Assembly: GCA_026023565.1 (NCBI GenBank) | Contig: JAPETS010000016.1 | Location: 620,001 to 665,504 of the forward strand | Direction of reading: 5' to 3' | Origin: Cirrosporium novae-zelandiae | Lineage: Eukaryota | Length of the DNA stretch: 45,504 bases | Part shown: in pieces, positions 24,922-38,084 of the stretch | How positions within the stretch are numbered: the first letter of the stretch is position 1 | How the letters are laid out: the number at the start of each line of letters is the position of its first letter | Translations under genes and position numbers: made by a program | Notes under the pieces: generated by a model | The model's input: only the letters and a program-made list of their open reading frames with translations | Told to the model about the DNA's origin: nothing | The model's database searches: none

Positions 24922-25945
24922 TTACTTTTCCTCTACCACTGACTGTCCCTGAGAATTAGGACCAGCTTCTAGTTCCGCGGGCGTGTCCTGGCCAATTGTT
25001 CGATATTTCAATATATCGCCTGCTGAAAGTTCTGAGACATTCTGGCTATCCAAAAGATGCGTTTGTCGAGCGTCAAGTTCGACTTTTTCCGTCGACTGAA
25101 TTTCAGCGGACCTTCCTTGCATTTCCTGCTTGGCCTTAGTATCGTCGTTGTAGCCTGTAGGGAGCTCAGATCTGGGTTCGTGGTCACTGGCTTTGCGGGC
25201 TTTTCGGCGACGGATGATGAGAAGAAAAGCTACAGCTCCGAGTGCTAATGCGGCGATGGGTACACAGACTCCAATTGCTACTTTCGAACCAGTGCTGAGC
25301 GACGAATTAGAAGTGCCAGCGCCAGACACGGCAGAAGTGGAAGCAGCTGCAGCTCCAGTATCCACTGCGCATTTCCCATTCGTACAGATATAATCGTTTG
25401 AGCAATCGTTGTAGGTATTACAAGATGCCCCTAAAGAAATTCATGATTAGTATATTTTAAATCTGTACCATCTCGATTAAGGATTTAAGGCTAAGCCGGA
25501 TCTTACCAATACAATGGCCCAACCAGGTGCATGACGCTGTGGCAGCTGAACTGGTAGAAGTAGTCGAATTTGATGAAGCAGAACCACATTGCCCGTCATT
25601 GCAAACCAAATCATCCGAACAATCGTTATAGGTTGTACATGATGCGCCTGGTAACCGAATGCCGCCTATTAGCACTGATAACCCGTTTTTGCATAGAAAG
25701 GGTGACATACCGGTACAATGACCTTCCCAAGAGCAGGATGTCGAGGATGTCGAAGATGCCGAGGAGGAGACGGAGGCTTTCTCGTGTCAGTCTTGTCATA
25801 TCGTGAAGATGGAGCTGACCAATGTTTCCGCACAGTTAGAAACGAACGAATATTGTGACGAGGTCGATGCGGTAGACAGAGCCAAATTAAATAATAAAAG
25901 TTGCAAAATGGTCCACCTTGTCGGTTCTTGCAAGGAAGAAGGCAT
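24922..25945 (-). CDS. Single-pass membrane protein: signal peptide, two 6-Cys repeats, S/T linker, Mid2-like TM segment and cytoplasmic tail; 4 exons
   Basis: ATG at 25945. A first intron of about 57 nt (GTGCGG...CTGAC...AAG) is less certain; introns 25710-25648 and 25506-25431 are canonical. Repeats are CSWEGHCTGASCTTYNDCSDDLVCNDGQC and CTWLGHCIGASCNTYNDCSNDYICTNGKC; TM is LSTGSKVAIGVCVPIAALALGAVAFLLIIRRRK. Confidence 0.82.
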
Positions 25946-26759
25946 TGTGATCAAACTCAGAAGCAGAAGCGAGAATTAACTAGTAGGCAGTCACAGCAGT
26001 CACAAAAAGAAAGGGAGAGGATTAAGAAGCTCAAGGAAGCCAGGAAATTCAAGAAATTCATGTGGGTCAGCTGAAAGAGTGAGGGGAAATATGCCCAATT
26101 AATATTTAGTGCATTATTGTGGCGTAGAAACCAGCAGGGTTTAATCTTGGGACATCTATTGTAATGACAAAAGATGAGTAGGATATAAGCTACTGATGAC
26201 TTTAATAAAGCCTTGTCCAACAATCGCGCGATCGAAGTCCGGTATGGTGGTACTGTGGTACAATGTGACGGTATGAAGATAACTTTAAATCGACATCATT
26301 ACAGATATAACTTATCTTCTGCGTACATTTCTTGCCATAAAATCATTGTGGGTATCGTGAAGTCTTGGCGCTCGGTGGTTTCTAGATCAGGTCCAGTACC
26401 TAAGTACCTAGGTAGTTATTAGATGGATATACTCTATTAGCTGCAGACTCATATTTTCATCCCTGAGGATAAAGATAGGGTAACACCGCTTTCTCACCAT
26501 ATCTCGTTGTAAGCAATTAGCTCGCTGTGATAAAATCATGAGGATGAGAAAAGAATACGCATGTTATGAAATAACATAATTATCAAAGCACACAACATCG
26601 GCCCATTCTAAAGATTATCATAGACGCTCTAGAAACACCCATTGTACCGCCAAGCGTTCCCAGAATGGAAATAGCTTCAAATATAGCTCTGCAGCCTCCA
26701 CTTTCTCATTACGGTTATAGCCCAGGCTTTATTCTCACGTTTCCAGATGATTCTGTGTC

Positions 26760-27200
26760 ACGAACGTATCCCCAAAGATCAAAGTACATGTACTGTACAT
26801 TACTGAGGCAGCCTGGATCAAATGGAAGAATACTGGTTCTAGGGAAGAAGTTTGAGAATAGGGTGCCAATCACGGGAATAGAAACTGCCAAGGAGCTCAT
26901 TGATGAAAATACAATAAAGAGCAAGGATGTGTTCGAACTCGGATTTAGGGAGGTGGATATCTGTAATACTCTGAAGAACAAGTGGCAAATAACCACTCTA
27001 AGCTTGGGACTAGCTGCTCCTGGATCTTCTTTGCTACTGTCGGGGATACGACAGTCAAATTTGTATGTATCTCATAATGTAACTGGTATTTGTAAAGCGG
27101 TTCGGAAACCCAAGCCAAGCTACCAGGTGTGCAGTACAGGATGACGGGCATATGCGGGCATGACCATGGTAAGTACATTCTCCGTGGACTTTTGCTATAC
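26760..27200 (-). pseudogene. Possible decayed coding relic with weak resemblance to a fungal transcription factor middle-homology region
   Basis: One minus frame reads DIHLPKSEFEHILALYCIFINELLGSFYSRDWHPILKLLP*, reminiscent of the P..(E)HLL.LY...IN start of Fungal_trans domains. It is interrupted by stops; assignment by eye only. Confidence 0.2.
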
Positions 27201-27510
27201 AAGACCCCTGCTAAAGTATAGTATCCTAAAGAGGGCTTTCAGCGGCAATTCCGTAATGGAATCCGAAAAAAGCCAAGGTAGCTTATAGCTTTTCGTATTT
27301 CATCCCGTCACAAAAATGACTTTACGCCCCATGTTGAAATCATCTCACTTAATTATATTCTAACAGGAGATATCTCTCGTTATCGAAAGTGCCTCCAACC
27401 CCACCTATCTCTTGATCCACTCTGTCTGATTCTTGCAATTTGCAATAACCGAGTTACCTAATTATCGATAAAGTACTTGGCTTGCTACATTCCTTGGTCT
27501 CGAATTTCAA

Positions 27511-28611
27511 ATGTCTATAGTATCAGATACGGGTAAAACTCGCCTTCAAGCATCTTTGGAGCGGGCTCAAGCTGGTGGTGCTCCTTCTGTGGGACAATGG
27601 ATGGAATTCCCTGGATATACTCTTGCCAGGACTGTTGCTGAGCTGGGTGAAGATGTAAGTAGCTATCTCCAAAGTGATGTAGCCTTATTCTACCCAGGGC
27701 CAATTTAGGCCTAAGCCTGTCTCGAATGAAGGTTGATTGCGTTTCTGATATTGATTCTACAGTGGGTTCTCATAGACTGTGAGCATGGAAATATTTCTGA
27801 CGATTCTATGTATCATTCCTGCAACGCCATTGCTTCTGCAGGCGCTTCTCCGATTGTGAGAATTCCTGCTAGCGAGCCATGGCTCATAAAGCGTGCCTTG
27901 GATTGTGGTGCACATGGAATAATGGTCCCGATGTGTGAAACAAAGGTTCTGGACCCCTTCCCCTTCTCCTTATGCTTTTCACCATTAGTAAACTACCAGG
28001 AAGTATAAAAAAGAGTAGAATTATGATCGACTAAATGAGTGTAGGCACAAGCGGAACTTATAGTCCGAGCAAGCAAGTATCCGCCTCAAGGCATACGGGG
28101 TACAGGAGGATTGTTTGCACCATCGCTCTTCAATCAAACTGGTCCTTCGTATACAAAGACTGCAAATATCAATGTCACAATAATTGTCCAGATTGAAACA
28201 CGTCTCGCCGTGGAGCAATGTGAGGCGATTGCCACTGTTGACGGGATAGACGCGTTGTTCATTGGGCCAAATGATTTGGCAGCTTCGATGGGATATTTTC
28301 CGTTTGATCATCCAAAGATTCCTGAGGTGCAGGAAGCCGCAGCAAGAGTATTGGAGGTGGCAAAAAAAGCTGGAAAGTGGGCGGGACATTTTGCTTTAAG
28401 CGCTGAGATAGGTTCGTGAGCCGTTCCCCATCGATAACTTAGGAGTGGGCTGATGAACGAGGTAGCTGCACAGAGAATCAAACAAGGGTTTGATTTTGTG
28501 AATTGCGGTGCCGATATTGTTGCTATTACTGGGTGGATGAGTGGAGAAATGGGCAAATTGAATAGGCTCTTAGAGGAGGACGAAAAGGATCACAAGGTAG
28601 ATGCATCATGA
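27511..28611 (+). CDS. HpcH/HpaI-family class II aldolase (2-keto-3-deoxy sugar-acid aldolase-like), 4 exons
   Basis: Exons 27511-27654, 27763-27945, 28045-28411 and 28466-28611. Motifs: WVLIDCEHG, PIVRIP, IKRALDCGAHGIMVP, YPPQGIRG, VQIET, DALFIGPNDL..SMG. Confidence 0.93.
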
Positions 28612-28675
28612 GAGTCTGGAGATGTTCCGAGTCGTTTGAATAGAAGGCGTTAATTTTTATGGATAAAATGAAAGC

Positions 28676-29993
28676 TTATTCTTGGTTCATAACAACGATC
28701 TTAATATCATTATGGACATTCTGAGCTTTGAATGCCTCGTTCGATCGAGTCAACGGATACGTCGAGGTGATTAGCGGCTCAAGGTTCACCAGCTTACGGT
28801 CAAGCATGTCAATAGCATCAGCGAAACATCCAGGGGTATATCGTACAGTGCCTATGAGAAATGAGAATCAAGTTATATGAATTTGTTGGAATATGCTATG
28901 TAAAGTCAAACTGGGAGTCGTACCTTTGAGATTAAGCTCTTTTGCTGTAACTAGGAACATTGGTACAGAAGATAGAGATGTTCCTAGACCCGCTTGAATG
29001 ACTATTTGAAATGAATGTTAACCAAGTTGAAAATATGGTAAAAGGAAGTTCACTCACTTGTTCCCCCCGGCTTCGTCATCACCACAGCCATTTGCATACA
29101 GGTGTCTGCTCCGCTAGCTTCGATGGCTAGGTCAACCCCAAACCCAAGGCCTTCTTGTTTCACAACATCCTGGACAAAATCTGTAGCAAAGTTCAGAGGT
29201 TCTTGACTGTCTTTGTTGAGAGGGCAAACAATCCCGACATCGGCATAGTATCTCTTCGCAAATTCAACACGTGATTGCTCTATATCAAAGACGATGGTCC
29301 TTTTAACACCGTATGCTTTTGCCACAGCCATGATCAATAAACCTAGAGGGCCGCAACCACTGGAAAGCACAAGTTCAATGAGCACAGAGACCTATCCAAA
29401 TCTGAAGGTCTTCAGACTCACAAGATAGCGACTGTTTGGTGCGCACGCATATTGGCCCGTCGACCAAGTTGGACAGCGATAGCCAGAGGCTGAATGCACC
29501 CTGCTTCCTTCCAGGAAATGTCTTGAGAAATGGGGATGGTCATCCATGATGGACAAACAAAATATCGACATAAGGTACCAGGAGTCGGTTCAAGGCCACA
29601 ATATTTCAGGTTGGCACAGGTGTTGGGGTTCCCTCTCAGGCAGAACTCGCATCTATGCAAGTTAGCTAGCTTTCATCTTTTTAGAGATTTAGTATATAGA
29701 TAATACTTCATGCATGCAAATCCAGGTTCAATGGCCACTCTCTGCCCGATCGATCTATCTTTCACCTCAGAGCCGATTTGCGTAATCTCCCCAGCCGATT
29801 CATGCCCCATTACCAGAGGTTTTTTAATCTTGTCGCTTTTCCAATTGTGATAGTCAGATCCACATATACCAGTTGAAATGACTTTGACTCGGACATCCTC
29901 ATCTCCAAGGGTAGAAATAGCATGTTCCCTTAACTCAACCGTTTCCTTAGCAACCCAAAAGCATGCTAGATTTGACGTGGGCTCTGCTTCCAT
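28676..29993 (-). CDS. Zn-dependent medium-chain dehydrogenase, sorbitol/xylitol/sugar-acid dehydrogenase-like, 5 exons
   Basis: Exons 29993-29707, 29652-29422, 29359-29058, 29001-28924 and 28851-28676. GICGSD, GHE, structural-Zn CMKCEFC...C, Rossmann FGCGPLG, FDIEQSR (acidic residue suggests NAD), GTVRY. Confidence 0.92.
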
Positions 29994-30543
29994 TTTGTCT
30001 GTTTTCCGAGCAAGCAGCGAAATCGAAGGTCGCAGGTTGAAGATGGCCGTTTAGCTAGGGTCCATAAGTAAGCCATAATTATTGCTGGCTGATTCAGCCT
30101 CGATTAATGTGAGGAGAAGGTCTTTGACCAAGGTTGATGGAGAGGGGGAAAGTGAGCTTCGGAGATTCTTCAGACACCACCACCGTTGCAACTCCGCAAC
30201 AGTGCATAGCGACCATCGGAAAAATGTCAGCCCTTGGCTCTTAGCCCTCGTTTATTGCCATGGTTTATGACATCTTTCCATGAACATGCCCATACTCTGC
30301 ATTACCGTCGCAAATCAAATGCGATTTCATCAAAATGAGGACTAGAATCCCCAATAGTCTGTGGGATGATTACATCTAATCCTAGAGCATACAGATAGTC
30401 ACAGTTGTCTGAGTCTGCTCCGATAAATTAACCATCCATTCCGCATTCATTGCGCATTTTTTTCCTTATAATTGTTACAGTTTCTAGCTATTTATTCTCT
30501 TCTGACTCGTTATGGTAATTTAAGTACAAGATAATCTACTGTT

Positions 30544-32163
30544 ATGCTTCCACATTCTACAAAGAAGGAAGACGTTGTTCTCTCAGCAACCGGCGCCGAG
30601 GTGTACCATGAAACAGTTTTTACCTGGACCCAAAAAGACGAGAAATTACTCGTTCGCAAGATTGATTTCCGCATCTTTCCAGTAATGGTTATTCTCTTCA
30701 TCCTTAATTTCATCGATAGGAATAATTTTGCCAATGCTCGTCTCAAAGGCCTTGAGGATGATTTGCACCTTACCAACGTTCAGTATCAAACTTGCATATC
30801 TATTCTTCTCGTAGGATATGTTGGTATGCAAGTCCCATCAAACATGTTCTTGAATTCAATATCTCATCCGAGCTTGTACCTTTGCTGCTGTGCTACTATC
30901 TGGGGTATGATATCTGCTTGCACTGCAGCTACACACAGTGCCACAGGAGCTATACTGTGTCGGTTCTTTCTAGGGGCCGTTGAAGCTGCTCTATTCCCTG
31001 GCACATTACTCTACCTCTCAAGGTGGTATACTCGTAGTGAAATGCAACTACGTGTTACCCTTCTTAATGCAGGCAATCTTCTCGCCCAGGCTTTTGGTAG
31101 CTTAATTGCGGCTGGTGTCTTGTCTGGTATGGAAGGGGTAGGAGGAATCAAAGGGTGGCGCTGGCTTTTCATCATCGAAGGGGTGCTTACGATCGCTTCT
31201 GCCATCATTCTTCAACCTGTTCTTCCCGATTACCCATCGACAACTCGTTGGCTATCGCAGAAGGAACGGCTTATTGCGCAGAAGCGTTTGGTTAACGATG
31301 TTGGGATTGCAGATGATGACGAGGAAACTTTGGCATTCTCCGGCTTGAAGATGGCTTGCAACGATCCTATAGTTTGGGTCCTGGGGTAAAGATGTCGCCT
31401 AATAAGAATATAGGAATCAAGGATTTGCTGATGTTAAGCTAGAGTTACGTACTTCCTTACAATCATGGGACTGTCGTTCAGTCTCTTTTTCCCAACAATC
31501 ACGGAAGCCTTGGGATTTGATACAACCACGACGCTTCTTCTCAATGCACCACCTTGGATCTGGGCCCTCTGTGTCTCTCTTCCTAATGCATGGCATGCTG
31601 ATAGGACGGGGGAACGATATTTTCATTACCTGTGGCCGGCAGTTGCATGCATGGTCGGCTATCTTATCTCTGGCACCGTACATTCCGTGGGACCGCGTTA
31701 CTTTGCCTGCTTTTTGATGACAAGTATGTGCCTCCTTTATTAACCATAACTTTCCTAGTACTTACGATGATATCAAGCTGGTTATGCTAGTGGCTTTGTT
31801 ATTCTAGCTTGGATATCAAATACCATATATCGTCCGACATCTAAACGTGCCGCTGCCATTGGGATTATCAACGCTATGGGCAATATAGGAAGTATCCCTG
31901 GCTCTTATATCTGGACTACTGAATGGGGTCCTTATTATTCAAACTCATTCTGGATCGTTTTTGCTATACTTGGGTCAGGATGCATTCTCGCATTTGGCCT
32001 CCGTCAATATCTTATTTGGTTGAACAGAAAGTTGGATCAGAAAGAGAGGGCGATTATTGGAATTAGTGAAGCTGGACTAAAAAACACCACAGCCTTGAAC
32101 AGCAGCAGCAGATTCACCGAAGAGACTGCGAAGCCGATGGAGAGGTTTAGATACCTTTATTAA
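30544..32163 (+). CDS. MFS transporter, anion:cation symporter (Dal5/Tna1/Fen2-like carboxylate permease) family, 3 exons
   Basis: EKLLVRKIDFRIFP...LNFIDRNN.ANARL.G, RFFLGAVEA, LSRWY.RSE..LR, GWRWLFIIEG, LPDYP.T.RWL. Introns are 31386-31442 and 31724-31777. Confidence 0.93.
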
Positions 32164-35100
32164 GCTGTTATCTCCACGAAGGGATCCTGTTCGCTACTGA
32201 TCCAGATATTATTCCTATTGTTTCTATAAGGTGGAATGATGCTTATTAATGCAACTGACCCATAGAGCGATGTCGACCAAAGGTTCATAAAGGGTAAGTG
32301 GGTGGTATCGCATCTGCAAACAAAGTGCTTACCTCCTCATGCCCAAGGTCAGAAGTAGTATAGTTCCGAGTTATATATCTAAAGTCTTAGAATTAAGTTT
32401 CCTACAAGGTCATGACACAAATTAAGTATCTTGGTTCTTGACGATGACCTGCTCTCTATGAGAATTGAGAGAAAGTAAGTTGCGCCCATCTATGCCGTGT
32501 TTTATAGACAGGTCTCAATATATGCCTCTTCAATCTAGGCAATTACTTCATCCTGAATCTGTCGTTGGTATATTGCTGGGGGCCTTGCTCCCGTGCCTCT
32601 TTGATTTCTACTGTTATCTTTATCGTTGCTGCGACGGGTGCGGTAGTTTAGAAATCTATGGCGACGGCTATAGTTTAGGAACTTGGACACTGTCTAAGTT
32701 GGACAGGGGCGACAGGATTGGCGAGTCAATTTCAGAGCTCAATAGTGGATATTAAGGAACTTGTGTTTCCATGAGCTTTTCACCTTGCTCCTCCTAGTTC
32801 TTTAACAGTGGACACCTTTGGTTGACTTCCCTTGCAAGCTAACTCTGGTGTTAACTAATGTTAGCTTTACTGTAATAACAAGAGAAGTAGAGTATTCGGC
32901 TTCCATTGGACGACCCAAATTAAGGCATTCAATCTTAGGCGTGGTAGATCATATGAGGCTATAGGTGCCTGGTGATAGCTATACTAGGTAATTTTTGATG
33001 CGTTTGAAACGCGTTCTCATGCTCAATCACAGAACGGTGAGATATCATTCCTGGTCATCTTTGGGTAGCGAAAAAATGCAAGCCATGGCCAGGATACATT
33101 CAATATCTGGTCATGAATCACCCGAAATCTTTTTCGTTGTTCTCGTTTCGATTGTTTTGGAACTTGGAGATGAATGACGAAGAATGCTGGTTTAATCAAT
33201 GGACCTATAAGGAACTCCTGCTTGTCTACGGGCAAGATAACTAGCCTCTAGACGAGGAAAATTATCGTTTAATTATACGCCTTTAAGGCTAACGGCGATG
33301 CAACCTGGTGGGCCCTTACTTGAGCTGTGCATGGAGCGGTCTTTGTTATGATATTCATGAATTCGGCTATTTCCAGGCTATTTCCGTGTTCTAAAGCGAC
33401 ACCTCCACTTTACAAGAACATAGTATACAGAGTGTAGTAGATATGTAAACCGGTGATGACTAACTGGAAGTAAAACATTGCAATTATGATTGTGATGGAC
33501 ACATAGGAAGAATATAAACTATCCGGGAAGATTAATTATCTGCAGTCAGAAAGATGGGGTTGTCAAATCCGCACGTGCCGGAGTGTGGAGAAACTCGGAA
33601 GCTACCTAGGCACTCTTTGACACTGTAGATTTAGTTTTGTAGTTATTGCATTGCTGATATTCCCATAATTTAATCATTAACACATTTTCGATCTATCCAG
33701 ACTTGGAATCCCTTTACCTCTCTACTTTGATCAACCGTCTTTGACTTCTGCTCTCAGTGACCTCTTTTGTGTTCGCTTTCCCAACCAAGTCTTGGATCGA
33801 AATACCTTGCTCGCAACCATTCTCGATCTACTAAAGGAACCTATCAGCTACCCTCTTTTGAATATGGAATTGGCAATACCTTTGTTAATTAGTTATGTTG
33901 AAGATCAAACCCTGAATAGGCACAAAATATCAAAATTCCTGCGAAGAGGGGCAATACGAGGGATAGGAACAACGCCAAGGGAGCGCTGGGGACAGCAGAG
34001 AGGTTGCAGCGCCCCTTTAGTCTGATAAGAGCGACTAGAGATGGGAAGTTGATACTACAATTGAAAATCTCGTTGAAGGAAATTTAAAAGAAGACCCACA
34101 AAATTGGTATCATTAGCAATGCTATAAGTCTAAGGCTACAAGACCATGCGGATGGTTGCGACTTTGATAAGCATCTTGTCACCGGTATTATCAAAAATTT
34201 CCTAGGTGACATGTTTATCATTTACTGACCTCTTCTTATCTTACAAGACTACTACTTCTCTGATCAAAAGCTTTCTGAGCCTTTCCTTCATGGTTTCGAA
34301 AGTAAATCGCATGATCCTCTCAATACTGGTATAAAACCACATAGTTGTTTCAGTAACAACTTCTTAAATTTTCTCATTGTGAGATCAACTATAATGCCTA
34401 GAATACCAACCCTCGATATCTCCACGACCGATGGCCTATTCGAGATTACTAGTAATGCATTTGTGAAATGAATGTGCTGTGGAAGACTTTGGCTGGACTG
34501 ATGTTGGCATAGTCCTAAAAAGGTAATAGGTGGCAAGATTTAACACTTAGACGTGTGACTAGGGAACTGCCGACAAAGAAACTAGCACCCAGGACTACCG
34601 TGTACATACTCTATTTAAGGGACGTGTAAACTATATGTCACCACGTATCTATAACGCGGAACGGGATAGCGTCATGCTTCCTAAGCTCATCCGCTGTCTG
34701 GAATGCGTTACCGGTCTTCTTGATGATCCCGGAGTCCCCGTGGTAGTGCCTGGATTTGTTGGGCATGGAAGTGTTCAATATCTCAACCGGATAGTCGGAG
34801 CCGCCTCGGATACAGTGGAGAAGAAGATTGATACTGGTGTGCAATGATTAGCGCTCTTGGGAACCAAACCTAACCTAGTGTTTATGGCATCCCACAAGTG
34901 AGACTGGAACCGACGGCCGCGAGGCCGATCCCATTCAATGGTGGATACAACAGACTAGATCTGGTTGACAACAAGGACAGACGGAAATATTTTTGTGGTT
35001 TGGAGACCAAAAAGGGGGAATTAAAATAGACTAGAGATGAATTCGACTGATAATCCTACAATAACCTGGCTAAAAGTATCCGATTTTTTTTTTCAACTTT

Positions 35101-35460
35101 GAAACATTCGGCACTGAAGTCTAACGTTATCTAATCGCGACTGAGAATTTCCCGACGATGGAGTGGCCTATTTTCTGGTACCGATATTTGGATCTCGGAC
35201 TCGGTAGAGGTAATGGAGTATGCTGATCCGCCACAAACTACCAAACTCGGGTTATACTCTGGATTTAAAAAAGTTCTAGTCTATGCTTCTAGACCCTGTT
35301 TTACCGATTCCCTTCAAAGTCTCAAGTAAGAAAGAACCTGGGATCCTTGTTCAAGCTTTACCGGAACATGCAACTGCCCAAAAGTTTAAAAGCCGCAGGA
35401 GAAAATCCAAATATTAGTATCACCAAACGAAGAATCATAAGGCATCGCTTGGGTCCTTAG

Positions 35461-36886
35461 TTAACTTCTCACAATCCTTGCCGCCTCCCCTCCATACCGG
35501 GATGTGGTCATTGAATAGAAGGTGTTGCCAGCTAGCAACACGAGAATCGCATCGACGTATTTCCACTCCTCTAGCGTTAGCTTGTCTTCCACTTTCATCC
35601 GCTCCAGTTCTTTTCGGATCTGATCCTCATTCAACAACTGCAAAGTATATGTCGTAGCTTTTGCATCAGGAATGCTCAAGCCACACGCTCTCCGTACAAC
35701 ATCCACCGCATTGATTAATACTACCGTTTTGCCGGATTCGAAGGCGCGAAGCTCTTTATCAAACGATGCTAGATCATTGACGAGCGATATGTTATCACCA
35801 GCGAGACGGAGGAAGGGGGCCAGCTTCGGGTCGCTTAGGTTAACATCGGACTCGATGGAGAATTTGGAACATGCAAACAACCAGCTACGTTCATTAGTAG
35901 ATGAGATTTGAAGTAATCAAAGGAGATGGAACTCACGCATTTGCAGCATCACCCCATCGATAATCAAGGTATTCTCGTACATTGTCGAACCTTTTTTCGG
36001 GTTGACTATGTAAAATCCAGTCTAGCATGGTATCAATGACATCCTGGCCCCCATTTCCAGCAACCTTATCTGCAGTATGGAATCTCTGGATGATGTTGTC
36101 TATCCGGGCTTGCAGGGGACTTGATTCGGTTGATATGGTTGAACCATCGTGCCTGAGCCGCGAGACGAAATCATCTTGGACGCGTTTCAACTGCCGCCGA
36201 AATTAGTCATGGCGCGAAGGAGCTAATGTTACTGCTACTTACCGCTTCCCCAGGAGCTTCTTCCCATGAATCTAAAATATAGTATTAGTCTGCGATTCAA
36301 GATAACTTTAATCCAGTGTAGCCAACCCCTCCAATTCAGAAGAGATAAGAAAAAATTTCGATGTCCACATACCGTCAAAAATGACAACAAACATGATTCC
36401 GGCCGCTATCAATTGCATACGCTCTTCATTGGCCTGTGGGAAAAGGTTGATGGCAAACTTGATGAACCGCTCTCCTTCTGGCTTCTGGAGATCGCGTCCA
36501 GCAATGCTGGCCAGGGTGCCGCCGCTCGTAAGCTTTGCATCTTTAAAACTTTGGTCATTTGCAAGGAGTTCGCAGAGCTCGGCTGATGCATCTAGTGCTG
36601 CTTTCCAGAACCTGTTGTGGCGAGTTGTGGTCAAACCAGTATGAAATGGTAAATTCGCGGCTTTAGGGTATATGGGAAAGGCATTCTTGTAGGTCTTGTC
36701 ATCTGTCCTGTTCTGGTCGATTGGATTTTCGAAGGTCCAATCTTGCGTGATGAGGAAAGATGACATATCGGGGAGATAATCCCAGGAGAAAATGACTGGG
36801 CAGACTGAACCCTCGTTCTCTGGATCCGCTAACTTGCTCAATTGGAGCTTTTCGAAATGCGACGAAATGCGCCCGTTGGTAGCCAT
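35461..36886 (-). CDS. Class I terpene synthase (aristolochene-synthase-like alpha fold), 4 exons
   Basis: Exons 36886-36373, 36271-36243, 36190-35937 and 35884-35461. Splicing creates the Asp-rich FDDSWEE (DDxxE). Also YLDYR..D, NSE triad NDLASFDKE and C-terminal GN..YS.TTSRY. Confidence 0.9.
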
Positions 36887-38084
36887 ATTGTGCAGATTCT
36901 AATCTTGACAATGGGATACAGCAAGGTTACGGTGAAGAGTATGATCAAACAACATACATTTTCGAACCGTGGGAAGAAGTTGACTATATACTCATACCAT
37001 GCCAGTACTACTTATCGCTCACTCATTGCCAGCGCAACAAGGTTCTTGCGATGTTCCGTGTCTCCATGCCTTCGTCAACGGCCAGGGACGCCAAGCTCAA
37101 AGCCAAATCCCTAAGATAACCATCGGAACGGAGCTGGGCTCAACCCGGCAAGCTTCAGAACGAATGTCGGTCTAGCGTCTAAAACTCATGGCCCTTCACA
37201 CTAACGTAGCAATGGGTCTCGTGCTTAACTTCTTAAGCCTCGTTTCAGAATTCAGGCCAGCTCTGAGCTATTTGAACTACGAGAGTATCCTTGCTTGAAG
37301 CCTCCCATCGAATGATGATAAGACGAGTTCAGCGTAAAAAAATGCAGCTCCAAGATAAGACCGATTTCCTCGAACAGTATATTATATCAAGCGTTAGGAT
37401 ACCTTTCTCTCTCGTCTGTTAAGGCTACTTAACCTAGTAAAGGACGACTGCCGACTTTAACCCGATGACGTGTCGGCCGAGGCCACTAACAAAGTATAAC
37501 GTTGAAATAGACTTCCCACCGTTTACCTGTTCCTTCGAAGCCGGATTTTGACCTTTGCCCTATTTAACCTAACGGAGGCTAAAATATCGTACCCTTTAGA
37601 TTCCATAAGTGTACTGAAGTATACCAGGTTCTTATCAGAGTAGCCCTTGTGACAAATTAGCCGGACCAGCTTAAGCGCTAAACTCTCGGACCTTTGAATT
37701 ATGCGGCTAGCATTAGAAATCTCCAATTGAAGAAAGCGAGGAAAATAAAATCTCATAGTGGAGGATAATGAGGATTGCACGGAATATGGAGCTATCCGGA
37801 CTTCAGGGCCACTATAACCCCAGACAGATGTGAAAATGCTATTACAAACGGTAGGATTCCACGACGACTTAATCGGGGCCTTCATCAATTCAATGATAGG
37901 AATGGCGCCCCACATCCTAACTAAGAACCACCTATATAGGCCACTGAGTGGAGAGGGAGCTTTTATTGATGCCCTGAGACATGCTTGAACAATCGGCAGA
38001 CAACCATAAAGATTGCCTCTTCCAGCAAGTTTTTCACATTTTGCTTTAACAATCCCCAACATTTGACATTAAACTACGATCCAG
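36887..38084. promoter_or_regulatory. Putative bidirectional promoter shared by the two terpene synthase genes
   Basis: About 1.2 kb between head-to-head ATGs, with a TATA-like palindrome CCTATATAGG at 37931-37940. Function inferred from geometry only. Confidence 0.5.

Noticed and set aside
26665..27144. 159-aa plus-strand ORF as a real gene
   Set aside because: No recognisable domain; may be the antisense shadow of a minus-strand relic.
37523..38062. 179-aa minus ORF between the terpene synthases
   Set aside because: Non-ATG start, no recognisable motif, and it occupies the promoter of the HAD-TC gene; probably spurious.
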